Shown: positions 27,288 to 37,309, counted from the first letter of the stretch. The stretch: DNA of 64,000 nucleotides from Nitrosarchaeum sp. (GCA_965223865.1 OZ245020.1:640001-704000); one strand, 5' to 3'. The notes: generated from the letters alone by a model not told the origin. Numbers and translations are program-made.

Positions 27288-29456
27288 ATGAAAAAATACT
27301 ATATTCTGGGATTTTTACTATTACTTACATCAACTATTGGAATGTTCCCAAGTGGTGTTTATGCACAGACCAATGATAATGATAATGATGGTGTTCCAAA
27401 CGATATTGACCAATGTCCTCATCTAAAAGAAGACTATGACCCACAGTATGGAAATAACATAGACGGTTGTCCGGCAGACTTTGTTCCGTGGTATGATGCA
27501 GACTATGATGGAATTGAAGACCATATTGATGATTGTCCAACTGTAAAAGAAAGATACAATCAATTCCAAGATGAAGACGGCTGCCCTGATATAGCTCCTG
27601 GTGCAGGTGCTGGATTGCCAGACTCTGACGGAGATAGTTTTGTCGATAACCTTGACTTATGTCCAAATCAACCAGAAACATTCAATGGTATAGACGATAA
27701 GGATGGCTGCCCTGATGATGTTTATTCTTTAAAAGATATTGACAGAGATGGTATTTCTGATAACTTAGACTCTTGTCCTGGAATACCTGAAACCTACAAC
27801 AGATTCCTAGATAGTGACGGCTGCCCAGACTCTGTAACTGATGATGCAGCTGGATTCCAATTCCCCGATACTGACGGTGATGGAATCGAAGACAGACGAG
27901 ATTCTTGTATTTCAGAACCTGAAAACTATAACCGATACTTGGATTGGGACGGCTGCCCTGACGTTCCAGGTGCACTTTCTCTTGAAATAAGTGATTCTGA
28001 TTATGATGGTATTTTAGATAATGAAGATCAATGCCCTAAAGAACGTGAAAATTATAACAAATTCCAAGATGAAGATGGCTGCCCTGATGTAATTGATCTT
28101 AAAATAACTGGTGACATTGACGGTGATGGAATTGGTGATGAAGATGATTCATGTCCATATAATCCTGAAACCTACAACAAATTCCAAGATGAAGACGGTT
28201 GCCCAGATTATGTGGCAGATGACAAGTTTGCAGCTGACTCTGACAGAGATGGAATTCTTGATAACCTTGACTTATGTCCAAATCAACCAGAAACATTCAA
28301 TGATTTCCAAGACACTGACGGCTGCCCTGATGATGTTTCCTCTACTCGTGATTCTGATTTTGATGGTATTCCAGATAATTTTGATACATGCCCACTAGAT
28401 CCTGAGATCCACAATAACTTTGAAGACACTGACGGCTGCCCAGACTCTGTAACTGATGATGCAGCTGGATTCCAATTCCCCGATACTGACGGTGATGGAA
28501 TCGAAGACAGATGGGATGCATGTATTTCAGAACCTGAAAACTATAACCGATACTTGGATTGGGACGGCTGCCCTGACGTTCCAGGTGCACTTTCTCTTGA
28601 AATAAGTGATTCTGATTTTGATGGTATCACTGATCATTTAGATGATTGTCCAACAGTAGCTGAAAGATATAATAAATTTCAAGACACTGACGGCTGCCCT
28701 GATTCTGTAACTGTTGATTTTGTTGGTGATTCTGATAATGATGGTATTTTAGATGATGTTGATCAATGTCCTCTCCTTAAAGAAACTTACAATAGATACT
28801 TAGACACTGACGGCTGCCCAGATTATGTGGCAGATGACAAGTTTGCAGCTGACTCTGACAGAGATGGAATTCTTGATAACCTTGACTTATGTCCAAATCA
28901 ACCAGAAACATTCAATGATTTCCAAGACACTGACGGCTGCCCTGATGATGTTTCCTCTACTCGTGATTCTGATTTTGATGGTATTCCAGATAATTTTGAT
29001 ACATGCCCACTAGATCCTGAGATCCACAATAACTTTGAAGACACTGACGGCTGCCCAGACTCTGTAACTGATGATGCAGCTGGATTCCAATTCCCCGATA
29101 CTGACGGTGATGGAATCGAAGACAGATGGGATGCATGTATTTCAGAACCTGAAAACTATAACCGATACTTGGATTGGGACGGCTGCCCAGAAATAAAGGG
29201 AGCAGAATCGTCAACTCCAATGATTTCCGATACTGACGGTGATGGATATCCTGATGCAATAGATACATGTCCAACACATGCTGAAACTTGGAATAAATAT
29301 TTTGATGAAGACGGCTGCCCTGATACTGTTCCAGAACAACAACGATTTGTTCATGATGATGATCTCGATGACATCATCAATGATGAAGACATGTGTCCGC
29401 TAGATCCTGAAGATTACGACGGAGACAGAGATACTGATGGTTGTCCTGATCAATAG
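27288..29456 (+). CDS. Secreted thrombospondin type-3-like repeat protein B (17 repeats)
   Basis: Signal peptide MKKYYILGFLLLLTSTIGMFPSGVYA; internal duplication with 615-bp offset. Confidence 0.9.
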   Translation: MKKYYILGFLLLLTSTIGMFPSGVYAQTNDNDNDGVPNDIDQCPHLKEDYDPQYGNNIDGCPADFVPWYDADYDGIEDHIDDCPTVKERYNQFQDEDGCPDIAPGAGAGLPDSDGDSFVDNLDLCPNQPETFNGIDDKDGCPDDVYSLKDIDRDGISDNLDSCPGIPETYNRFLDSDGCPDSVTDDAAGFQFPDTDGDGIEDRRDSCISEPENYNRYLDWDGCPDVPGALSLEISDSDYDGILDNEDQCPKERENYNKFQDEDGCPDVIDLKITGDIDGDGIGDEDDSCPYNPETYNKFQDEDGCPDYVADDKFAADSDRDGILDNLDLCPNQPETFNDFQDTDGCPDDVSSTRDSDFDGIPDNFDTCPLDPEIHNNFEDTDGCPDSVTDDAAGFQFPDTDGDGIEDRWDACISEPENYNRYLDWDGCPDVPGALSLEISDSDFDGITDHLDDCPTVAERYNKFQDTDGCPDSVTVDFVGDSDNDGILDDVDQCPLLKETYNRYLDTDGCPDYVADDKFAADSDRDGILDNLDLCPNQPETFNDFQDTDGCPDDVSSTRDSDFDGIPDNFDTCPLDPEIHNNFEDTDGCPDSVTDDAAGFQFPDTDGDGIEDRWDACISEPENYNRYLDWDGCPEIKGAESSTPMISDTDGDGYPDAIDTCPTHAETWNKYFDEDGCPDTVPEQQRFVHDDDLDDIINDEDMCPLDPEDYDGDRDTDGCPDQ

Positions 29457-29468
29457 GAGTAAAGTAGA

Positions 29469-30488
29469 ATGAAAAAATACTATATTCTGGGATTTTTACT
29501 ATTACTTACATCAACTATTGGAATGTTCCCAAGTGGTGTTTATGCACAGACCAATGATAATGATAATGATGGTGTTCCAAACGATGTTGACCAATGTCTA
29601 TATCTTCAAGAAGACTATGAAGGTGCATTAGACGGTTGTCCCTCAAATTTTGTTCCATGGTATGATGAGGATTATGATGGAATTGAAGATCATAATGACT
29701 TATGTCCTAATTTGAAAGAAACTTACAATAGATACCACGACTTGGATGGTTGCCCTGACATAATTCCTGGCGGCAGCACTGGTGAACTACCTGACTCTGA
29801 CAGAGATGGGATAAACGACTTTGTTGACTCTTGCCCAAATCAACCAGAAACATTTAATGATTTTTTTGATCATGACGGCTGCCCTGACGATTACATTCCA
29901 AGAGCAGATAGAGACAGAGACAGCATTCCTGATTTAATTGATGCATGTCCAACGTCTCCTGAGACTTACAATAAATTTCAAGACACTGACGGCTGCCCTG
30001 ATATTGTAAAAAAACTATCTATAGATTCTGATAATGACGGAATTGAAGATATGACTGATAACTGTCCATTAGTTGCTGAAACGTATAATGGATTTGAAGA
30101 CCAAGACGGCTGCCCTGATAGTGACATAACCCAGCCAGACTCTGACGGTGACGGCGTTCCTGATGCAATGGATATATGTCCTGATCAAATGGAAGTTTGG
30201 AATAGATATGTTGATCATGACGGCTGCCCTGACACTGTTCCAACTGGTAAAATGATAGTTGATACTGATGGTGATAACATTACTGATGACATTGATTCAT
30301 GTCCAAATGAAAAAGAATCTTGGAATAAATATCAAGACCATGACGGCTGCCCTGACATTGTTCCAGAACAATCAAGATACAAGCATGATGCAGACCTCGA
30401 TGACATCATCAATGATGAAGACATGTGTCCGCTAGATCCTGAAGATTACGACGGAGACAGAGATACTGATGGTTGTCCTGATCAATAG
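29469..30488 (+). CDS. Secreted thrombospondin type-3-like repeat protein A' (8 repeats; B-type leader, A-type body)
   Basis: 5' end identical to gene B, 3' end identical to gene A. Confidence 0.88.
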   Translation: MKKYYILGFLLLLTSTIGMFPSGVYAQTNDNDNDGVPNDVDQCLYLQEDYEGALDGCPSNFVPWYDEDYDGIEDHNDLCPNLKETYNRYHDLDGCPDIIPGGSTGELPDSDRDGINDFVDSCPNQPETFNDFFDHDGCPDDYIPRADRDRDSIPDLIDACPTSPETYNKFQDTDGCPDIVKKLSIDSDNDGIEDMTDNCPLVAETYNGFEDQDGCPDSDITQPDSDGDGVPDAMDICPDQMEVWNRYVDHDGCPDTVPTGKMIVDTDGDNITDDIDSCPNEKESWNKYQDHDGCPDIVPEQSRYKHDADLDDIINDEDMCPLDPEDYDGDRDTDGCPDQ

Positions 30489-30500
30489 GAGTAAAGTAAA

Positions 30501-33281
30501 ATGAAAAAATACTATATTCTGGGATTTTTACTATTACTTACATCAACTATTGGAATGTTCCCAAGTGGTGTTTATGCACAGACCAATGATAATGATAATG
30601 ATGGTGTTCCAAACGATATTGATAAGTGCCCACATCTAAAAGAAGACTATGACCCACAGTATGGAAATAACATAGACGGTTGTCCGGCAGACTTTGTTCC
30701 GTGGTATGATGCAGACTATGATGGAATTGAAGACCATATTGATGATTGTCCAACTGTAAAAGAAAGATACAATCAATTCCAAGATGAAGACGGCTGCCCT
30801 GATATAGCTCCTGGTGCAGGTGCTGGATTGCCAGACTCTGACGGAGATAGTTTTGTCGATAACCTTGACTTATGTCCAAATCAACCAGAAACATTCAATG
30901 GTATAGACGATAAGGATGGCTGCCCTGATGATGTTTATTCTTTAAAAGATATTGACAGAGATGGTATTTCTGATAACTTAGACTCTTGTCCTGGAATACC
31001 TGAAACTTACAACAGATTACAAGACACTGACGGCTGCCCAGACTCTGTAACTGATGATGCAGCTGGATTCCAATTCCCCGATACTGACGGTGATGGAATC
31101 GAAGACAGACGAGATTCTTGTATTTCAGAACCTGAAAACTATAACCGATACTTGGATTGGGACGGCTGCCCTGACGTTCCAGGATTTTATTCTAGTGTGA
31201 TTGATTCTGATTATGATTCAATTCCAGATTATCTAGATCAATGCCCTAAAGAACGTGAAAATTATAACAAATTCCAAGATGAAGATGGCTGCCCTGATGT
31301 AATTGATCTTAAAATAACTGGTGACATTGACGGTGATGGAATTGGTGATGAAGATGATTCATGTCCATATAATCCTGAAACCTACAACAAATTCCAAGAT
31401 GAAGACGGCTGCCCTGATATAGCTCCTGGTGCAGGTGCTGGATTGCCAGACTCTGACGGAGATGGAATTCTTGATAACCTTGACTTATGTCCAAATCAAC
31501 CAGAAACATTCAATGATTTCCAAGACACTGACGGCTGCCCAGATCAATATTCCTCAACTATTGATAGTGATCAAGACGGAATACCAAATGTAATTGATTC
31601 ATGTCCAAAAGAGCCTGAAACTTATAATTACTTCCAAGATGAAGACGGCTGCCCAGATGCAGTACCTGATGATCTAGCAGATTATACATTCCCCGATACT
31701 GACGGTGATGGAATCGAAGACAGATGGGATGCATGTATTTCAGAACCTGAAAACTATAACCGATACTTGGATTGGGACGGCTGCCCTGACGTTCCAGGAT
31801 TTTATTCTAGTGTGATTGATTCTGATTATGATTCAATTCCTGATGATGTTGATCAATGTCCGCAAGAACGTGAAAATTTTAATAAATTCCAAGATGGCGA
31901 TGGTTGTCCTGATGTAATTGACCTTGCAATATCAGGCGACTCTGACGGAGATGGAATTCTTAATCAAAATGATCAATGTCCATATAACAAAGAAACCTAC
32001 AACCAGTTTCAAGACACTGACGGCTGCCCAGATTCTGTAACTGACTATAAACTAACAGCTGATTCTGACGGAGATGGAATTATTGATAACCTTGACTTAT
32101 GTCCAAATCAACCAGAAACATTCAATGATTTCCAAGACACTGACGGCTGCCCTGACGATGTTTCCTATTTAAACGACTCTGACAGAGATGGTATTTCTGA
32201 TAACCTTGACTCTTGTCCTGGAATACCTGAAACATTCAATGGTATAGACGATAAGGACGGCTGCCCAGATTCTGTATCTGATGATCTTGATACATTCCAA
32301 TTACCAGATTCTGACGGTGATGGAATCGAAGACAGACGAGATTCTTGTATTTCAGAACCTGAAAACTATAACCGATACTTGGATTGGGACGGCTGCCCTG
32401 ACGTTCCAGGATTTTACTCTCCTGGTCTTATGGATTCTGATTATGATAATATCCCAGATCATATAGATGATTGTCCAACATTAGCTGAGAATTACAACAA
32501 ATTCCAAGATGAAGATGGCTGTCCTGATGTAGTTGATTATGAATCCTCTGCTGATGCAGACTATGATGGTGTTCCAGATAACATTGATCAATGTCCATAT
32601 GCTAGAGAAACTTACAACAGATTACAAGACACTGACGGCTGCCCAGATTCTGTAACTGACTATAAACTAACAGCTGATTCTGACGGAGATGGAATTATTG
32701 ATAACCTTGACTTATGTCCAAATCAACCAGAAATATTCAATGATTTCCAAGACACTGACGGCTGCCCAGATCAATATTCCTCAACTATTGATAGTGATCA
32801 AGACGGAATACCAAATGTAATTGATTCATGTCCAAAAGAGCCTGAAACTTATAATTACTTCCAAGATGAAGACGGCTGCCCAGATGCAGTACCTGATGAT
32901 CTAGCAGATTATACATTCCCCGATACTGACGGTGATGGAATTGAGGATAGAAAAGATCAATGTATTACTGATGCTGAAAACTTTAACGGATACTTGGATT
33001 GGGATGGCTGCCCTGACGTTCCAGGTGCAAAATCTACTGATTCAACAAAGCCAGACTCTGACGGTGATGGCTATCCTGATGTAGTTGATTCATGTCCTAC
33101 AAACCCAGAAACTTGGAACAAGTATAAAGACACTGACGGCTGCCCAGATACTGCTCCCGAACAACAAAGATTTGTTCATGATGATGATCTCGATGACATC
33201 ATCAATGATGAAGACATGTGTCCGCTAGACCCTGAAGATTACGACGGAGACAGAGATACTGATGGTTGTCCTGATAATTAG
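30501..33281 (+). CDS. Secreted thrombospondin type-3-like repeat protein B' (22 repeats)
   Basis: First ~500 bp near-identical to gene B; unique terminal CPDN. Confidence 0.9.
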   Translation: MKKYYILGFLLLLTSTIGMFPSGVYAQTNDNDNDGVPNDIDKCPHLKEDYDPQYGNNIDGCPADFVPWYDADYDGIEDHIDDCPTVKERYNQFQDEDGCPDIAPGAGAGLPDSDGDSFVDNLDLCPNQPETFNGIDDKDGCPDDVYSLKDIDRDGISDNLDSCPGIPETYNRLQDTDGCPDSVTDDAAGFQFPDTDGDGIEDRRDSCISEPENYNRYLDWDGCPDVPGFYSSVIDSDYDSIPDYLDQCPKERENYNKFQDEDGCPDVIDLKITGDIDGDGIGDEDDSCPYNPETYNKFQDEDGCPDIAPGAGAGLPDSDGDGILDNLDLCPNQPETFNDFQDTDGCPDQYSSTIDSDQDGIPNVIDSCPKEPETYNYFQDEDGCPDAVPDDLADYTFPDTDGDGIEDRWDACISEPENYNRYLDWDGCPDVPGFYSSVIDSDYDSIPDDVDQCPQERENFNKFQDGDGCPDVIDLAISGDSDGDGILNQNDQCPYNKETYNQFQDTDGCPDSVTDYKLTADSDGDGIIDNLDLCPNQPETFNDFQDTDGCPDDVSYLNDSDRDGISDNLDSCPGIPETFNGIDDKDGCPDSVSDDLDTFQLPDSDGDGIEDRRDSCISEPENYNRYLDWDGCPDVPGFYSPGLMDSDYDNIPDHIDDCPTLAENYNKFQDEDGCPDVVDYESSADADYDGVPDNIDQCPYARETYNRLQDTDGCPDSVTDYKLTADSDGDGIIDNLDLCPNQPEIFNDFQDTDGCPDQYSSTIDSDQDGIPNVIDSCPKEPETYNYFQDEDGCPDAVPDDLADYTFPDTDGDGIEDRKDQCITDAENFNGYLDWDGCPDVPGAKSTDSTKPDSDGDGYPDVVDSCPTNPETWNKYKDTDGCPDTAPEQQRFVHDDDLDDIINDEDMCPLDPEDYDGDRDTDGCPDN

Positions 33282-33321
33282 ATTGACACAGTAAATATAT
33301 TCAAACTTTAAAATCACTCTA

Positions 33322-34290
33322 ATGTTACCACATTTTTCAAGTAGGGTTTTTCTTGCTCCAATGGCAGGAGTAAGCGATCCTGCACTTAGATTACAATGTA
33401 AAAAGATGGGAGCAGGATTAGTTGTAACAGAATTTACTAGTATTCATAGTATTATAGCAAAAGAACAACAATTCAAAGAAAATCAAAAAACTATTCAAGA
33501 ATTCATTGAATTTTCTGAAAAAGAAAGACCCATATCAGTTCAATTATTTGGCTCTGACCTTTTAGCTTTAGAAAAAGCAGCAAAAATTGTAGAACCATTT
33601 TTTGATATTATTGATTATAATATGGGATGCCCTGCTCCGCACATTACAAAACAAATGGCGGGTGGTGCTCTCTTACAGGAAATAAATCTAACAAAACAAA
33701 TTTTTATCACCTTGAAAAAAGCTGTAAAAAAACCTGTTACTCTAAAAATTCGTTCTGGTGTTACAGATACCAGTAAGTATCTTTTCAAAGAAATTGCACA
33801 AATTGCTGAAGATGAAAAAATAGATATGATCACTCTTCATCCTAGAACCGTTAGTCAGGGATATTCTGGTAAATCTGATTGGAAAATGATTAAAGAACTT
33901 AAAGAAATTTTAAAAATTCCTATTGTTGGAAATGGTGATATCACAACACCAGAGGATGCTCAATCTATGATAGATGAAACCGGATGTGATTATATAATGA
34001 TAGGAAGAGGTGCAATGGGAAATCCATTCTTATTTGAGCAGGTTAATGATTACCTAAAAACAGGTTCTTACAAAAAATATTCTTTTAAAGACAGATTAGA
34101 CTGTTTTTTTGATTATCTAAATTTAACAAATAATTACAGAATTAAATTCGCAAATATTAAGGGACAGGCTATACGCTTTACAAAAGGCATGGTTGGTGGA
34201 ACCAAACTAAGATCAAGAATATCTAAGTCAAAAAATTTGGAAGAATTAAAAAAAATTATGAATGAATCATATTCTTCTACTAACTTATAG
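33322..34290 (+). CDS. dus: tRNA-dihydrouridine synthase (DusB-like)
   Basis: LAPMAGVSD, VQLFG, NMGCP, GNGDI and MIGRGAMGNP. Confidence 0.93.
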   Translation: MLPHFSSRVFLAPMAGVSDPALRLQCKKMGAGLVVTEFTSIHSIIAKEQQFKENQKTIQEFIEFSEKERPISVQLFGSDLLALEKAAKIVEPFFDIIDYNMGCPAPHITKQMAGGALLQEINLTKQIFITLKKAVKKPVTLKIRSGVTDTSKYLFKEIAQIAEDEKIDMITLHPRTVSQGYSGKSDWKMIKELKEILKIPIVGNGDITTPEDAQSMIDETGCDYIMIGRGAMGNPFLFEQVNDYLKTGSYKKYSFKDRLDCFFDYLNLTNNYRIKFANIKGQAIRFTKGMVGGTKLRSRISKSKNLEELKKIMNESYSSTNL

Positions 34291-34427
34291 ATTTTAATAA
34301 AATTTCAGAAATTCTTTACATTTTTACATATTTTATTATCCAAGTATGAATTTATTTAAAAGAAATCAACTATTCTTATATATTTCAAAAAGCCAATTTA
34401 TTTATGAACAAGAGAGATGAATCATAA

Positions 34428-34667
34428 TTGGCTACTTCGTACGTACTCATAAATTGTGAATTAGGATCAGAAGAAGCAGTGATTTCAGAACTGAAGTCCA
34501 TTGAAGGCGTTGTTGAAGTTCATGGTACATTTGGTGCATATGATATATTGGCAAAAGTTGAGTCAAGTCAAGTTGAAACCCTTCGAGAAACAATTACTTG
34601 GAAAATTAGAAAAATTCCAAAAATTAGATCTACATTAACTCTTATGGGAATAGAAGGACAGCAATAA
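34428..34667 (+). CDS. Stand-alone Lrp/AsnC ligand-binding (RAM) domain protein
   Basis: YVLINCELG, GAYDILAKVE and IRSTLTL. Confidence 0.88.
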   Translation: MATSYVLINCELGSEEAVISELKSIEGVVEVHGTFGAYDILAKVESSQVETLRETITWKIRKIPKIRSTLTLMGIEGQQ

Positions 34668-34677
34668 ATTAAACATC

Positions 34678-35070
34678 TTATTTTCCAAAAAACTCGCTCC
34701 ACTCCTTTCCTATAACTTGAATTATCTTGTAAGCTAATCTATCAATATTTATGTTAGGCTCTGCTGTTATCAAAAGAATAAATTTTTTTAAAGGAAAACT
34801 CATCATTACTAATTTCTCACGTCTTGATGCTGAATATTTTACCCCTCCCATAGAATAATCAAATTTTTGTCGAGTAGATACTCTGATTGCTAACTCTCTA
34901 TAGATTTTTCTTTGTTCATCATCTTTTTCAAATGGAATTATGCCTTCTCGAAATTTTCCCTTGATCAAATTTCCCTCAAGATCAATAAATCCTGCAAATC
35001 GAATATCTTTCTCAATAAAAATTTCATCGAGTTTTTCTTGAAAAAACTCATCACTCTTTTCATCAAACAT
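34678..35070 (-). CDS. Thaumarchaeal roadblock-like protein (DUF6659-like)
   Basis: IRFAGFID..G, FDYSMGGVKYS..RREK..MMSFP. Confidence 0.7.
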   Translation of the reverse strand: MFDEKSDEFFQEKLDEIFIEKDIRFAGFIDLEGNLIKGKFREGIIPFEKDDEQRKIYRELAIRVSTRQKFDYSMGGVKYSASRREKLVMMSFPLKKFILLITAEPNINIDRLAYKIIQVIGKEWSEFFGK

Positions 35071-35242
35071 TAGTTTTAATCCTCATATTGAACGATACTT
35101 CTCATAATTTATCTATAGATGTACATAATGCTGATTAGCTTTTATACTTATTTTGTAAGAACAATACGCCCTTCAAAAACATGTCACCCAAAGTGATACC
35201 TCACTGAGAGGATTATTTGATTCCTCTCAGTAGTTAATATGA

Positions 35243-35365
35243 CTACTTTTTCTTACTACTACCCTTACCATTTCCTTCAAGAATGGTAATCCTCCAACTA
35301 TGTCCTTAATCCATAAGATAGGCACTTGTTTTATCAATGTGACTGGTTGTCTCGATTCGTTTCAT
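35243..35365 (-). pseudogene. P-II (GlnB-like) nitrogen regulator, 5' remnant
   Basis: MKRIETTSHIDKTSA / IKDIVGG / TILEGNGKGSSKKK* across shifted frames resembles the P-II N-terminus (MKRIEA....GG.TI.EG.GRGSG). Confidence 0.6.
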
Positions 35366-35492
35366 TTTCCTTTCTAAATCCCTATGATTTAAAAAAGATC
35401 AGACATTTTTATCTGAATTTTCTGTTACATTATCATATTGTGGTTATAATATAATCCTCTGAGCTTTTTAATTAAATACAAAAAAAATAAAC

Positions 35493-35669
35493 ATGAAAAA
35501 TGATGAGAAAAGATCCCATCGACTTAACTATCTTTTAAAATACTATCTAAGTAATCCTACGGAAAAAGATCTATTTCAACGAGCAAAACAGATGGGAGTC
35601 TCTGATTCCACAGCAAGAGATTACATTAGAACCGTAATAATTCAGGCTCAAAAAATCTATTCAAAATAA
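35493..35669 (+). CDS. 58-aa HTH-like protein
   Basis: MKNDEKRSHRLNYLLKYYLSNPTEKDLFQRAKQMGVSDSTARDYIRTVIIQAQKIYSK*; TATA about 25 nt upstream. Confidence 0.65.
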   Translation: MKNDEKRSHRLNYLLKYYLSNPTEKDLFQRAKQMGVSDSTARDYIRTVIIQAQKIYSK

Positions 35670-35737
35670 CCCCTATTCATTAACCGTAATCTTAAACAAG
35701 GTAACTTCATAAATAATCGATAGGAGAGTAAAACCGC

Positions 35738-36442
35738 ATGTCCGATCCTCTTTTTGATGATGTCAAAGATTTGTTAGACAAAGAAAAGGGTGATGAAAGA
35801 ATCCTCAAACAAATTCTTAGGGCTTGTGAAAATGATGAAGTAATTAGTAATTATGAAAGAAATTATGTGAAAAAATTAGCCGAAAAGTACCTTGATCATA
35901 AATCTTTTGAAGAAAAGCCCCCAATTAAGAAACCTAGTATTCCTGATGTTGTTCTTTCTGAACCTACATCAATTCCAAAATCACAAACTTTCCAAAAAGA
36001 ATCGTCAAAAACGACAAAGTCTGAATCAAAAAATACAAAGATGATGTTAGGGCTTGGTGGTGTTGCATTAGTAATAATAATAGTTATTGCAATTACATCA
36101 ACAGGAATATCAGATGTGACTCTAAATACCGGAGAAACAAAACCGACCATTGCTTCTCCTTCCTCAACATCATTTTCACTTGAAACTGATTCGGATTCTT
36201 ATCAAACAAAAGATATTATTTCAATTAGTGGAAAATTCAAAAATTCTGGGATAATTAATCTTTCAATAGAAAAGCAAGATGGTACTCTAGTTTGGACTGA
36301 ACAATTGAAAACAAAGAATGATGGTAGATTTTCTACATTAGCTATTGCTGGCGGTCCCGGATGGGAAGAATCTGGCACGTTCACATTAAAGGCACAAAAT
36401 GATTCCCAAACAGAATCAAAGAAGTTTTCTTTTACTGCATAA
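35738..36442 (+). CDS. Single-pass membrane hypothetical protein with Ig-like C-terminal domain
   Basis: KGDERIL.QI N-terminus, one TM helix and a beta-rich C-terminus. Confidence 0.75.
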   Translation: MSDPLFDDVKDLLDKEKGDERILKQILRACENDEVISNYERNYVKKLAEKYLDHKSFEEKPPIKKPSIPDVVLSEPTSIPKSQTFQKESSKTTKSESKNTKMMLGLGGVALVIIIVIAITSTGISDVTLNTGETKPTIASPSSTSFSLETDSDSYQTKDIISISGKFKNSGIINLSIEKQDGTLVWTEQLKTKNDGRFSTLAIAGGPGWEESGTFTLKAQNDSQTESKKFSFTA

Positions 36443-37016
36443 TATCTTCAAATTCTTTCCAATTTCTATCTACAAGTTCTCTTAATTTTTCAATTTTAAT
36501 TTCTTCCATGTATTCTCTATATACAATGAATCTATTTTGTTTTGTTGAATCATTTCCATAAATATCAGTAGTGTTGTTTGGAATTGCACCCATTTTCCAT
36601 TGATTCATTTCAAAAATCCACACTGATGCATCTGGATTTGAAAAATCAGCATCATCACAACCTATTATGTATAGATAGCATTTTGTAGCTTTGTTTAATT
36701 TTTCATATAATTTTTCATATGCAATCATTTGGCCTTTTGGAATGTTGATTTTATCATTGTGAAATCCCTTGAATTCTAAGATTACAAATCCTCCATTATG
36801 TTCTATTAACCAATCAATGTCTGTACCACCTGAAGTCATCATGCCATGAACAATCAAATCTCCTAGAACTTGTCTTCCTCGCGTAAATTCCGATTCGTCA
36901 AAAATTTGATATTTTGCCTTAGGACTCTTCCTTAAAATTTGTCGAGAATTGTCTTTCTTTGAGTTTTTTCCTTTATCATATAATGTGTCAATCAAATCAG
37001 ATGTTTCATTTTTCAT
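36432..37016 (-). CDS. Hypothetical protein, PD-(D/E)xK-like
   Basis: TDIDWLIE....VILEFK...IPKGQ. Confidence 0.65.
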   Translation of the reverse strand: MKNETSDLIDTLYDKGKNSKKDNSRQILRKSPKAKYQIFDESEFTRGRQVLGDLIVHGMMTSGGTDIDWLIEHNGGFVILEFKGFHNDKINIPKGQMIAYEKLYEKLNKATKCYLYIIGCDDADFSNPDASVWIFEMNQWKMGAIPNNTTDIYGNDSTKQNRFIVYREYMEEIKIEKLRELVDRNWKEFEDIMQ

Positions 37017-37087
37017 GAAAAGTCTTTTTGAATACTAAATGATAAAATAGTTTGTAAAATTAAGTAAAGCCTTCATCTATCTATATT

Positions 37088-37309
37088 CTAACGAGATAAA
37101 TATTCTCCTCCTGGACCTTTGTATAAAATAAAATACTCTTCAGGATTTTTCCGGTCTTTTTTTGCATCAAGTGCATCTTGATATCTTTCAAAATGTTCTA
37201 TAAAATATAATTGTCCTTCAGAATCTGAAAAATAATCAATCCCTACCAAATCAAAACCATTTTTTGGTGTCAATTTTATTATATCTTTTTTGAATTTATT
37301 ATCTAACAT
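37088..37309 (-). CDS. Hypothetical protein (73 aa)
   Basis: Clean ORF filling the gap downstream of tbp. Confidence 0.65.
   Translation of the reverse strand: MLDNKFKKDIIKLTPKNGFDLVGIDYFSDSEGQLYFIEHFERYQDALDAKKDRKNPEEYFILYKGPGGEYLSR

Larger units (their letters stand above)
26810..31180 (+). repeat. Long near-identical direct repeat with 3213-bp offset (about 26810-27970 versus 30023-31180)
   Basis: Gene A 3' end + 12-nt spacer + gene B 5' end recurs as gene A' 3' end + spacer + gene B' 5' end; a shorter third junction copy lies at about 29364-29585. Confidence 0.85.

Noticed and set aside
26800-31200. Diversity-generating retroelement template/variable repeat pair
   Set aside because: No reverse transcriptase in the window, and the few differences between copies are not adenine-specific.
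26117-32466. Many short antisense and alternate-frame ORFs repeated within the TSP3 genes
   Set aside because: They are by-products of the biased, repeated codon pattern of the sense genes.
24840-33281. CRISPR-like periodicity of GACGGCTGCCC every ~110-130 bp
   Set aside because: The repeat is only 11 bp, always in frame within long ORFs, the intervening sequence is homologous, and no cas genes are present.
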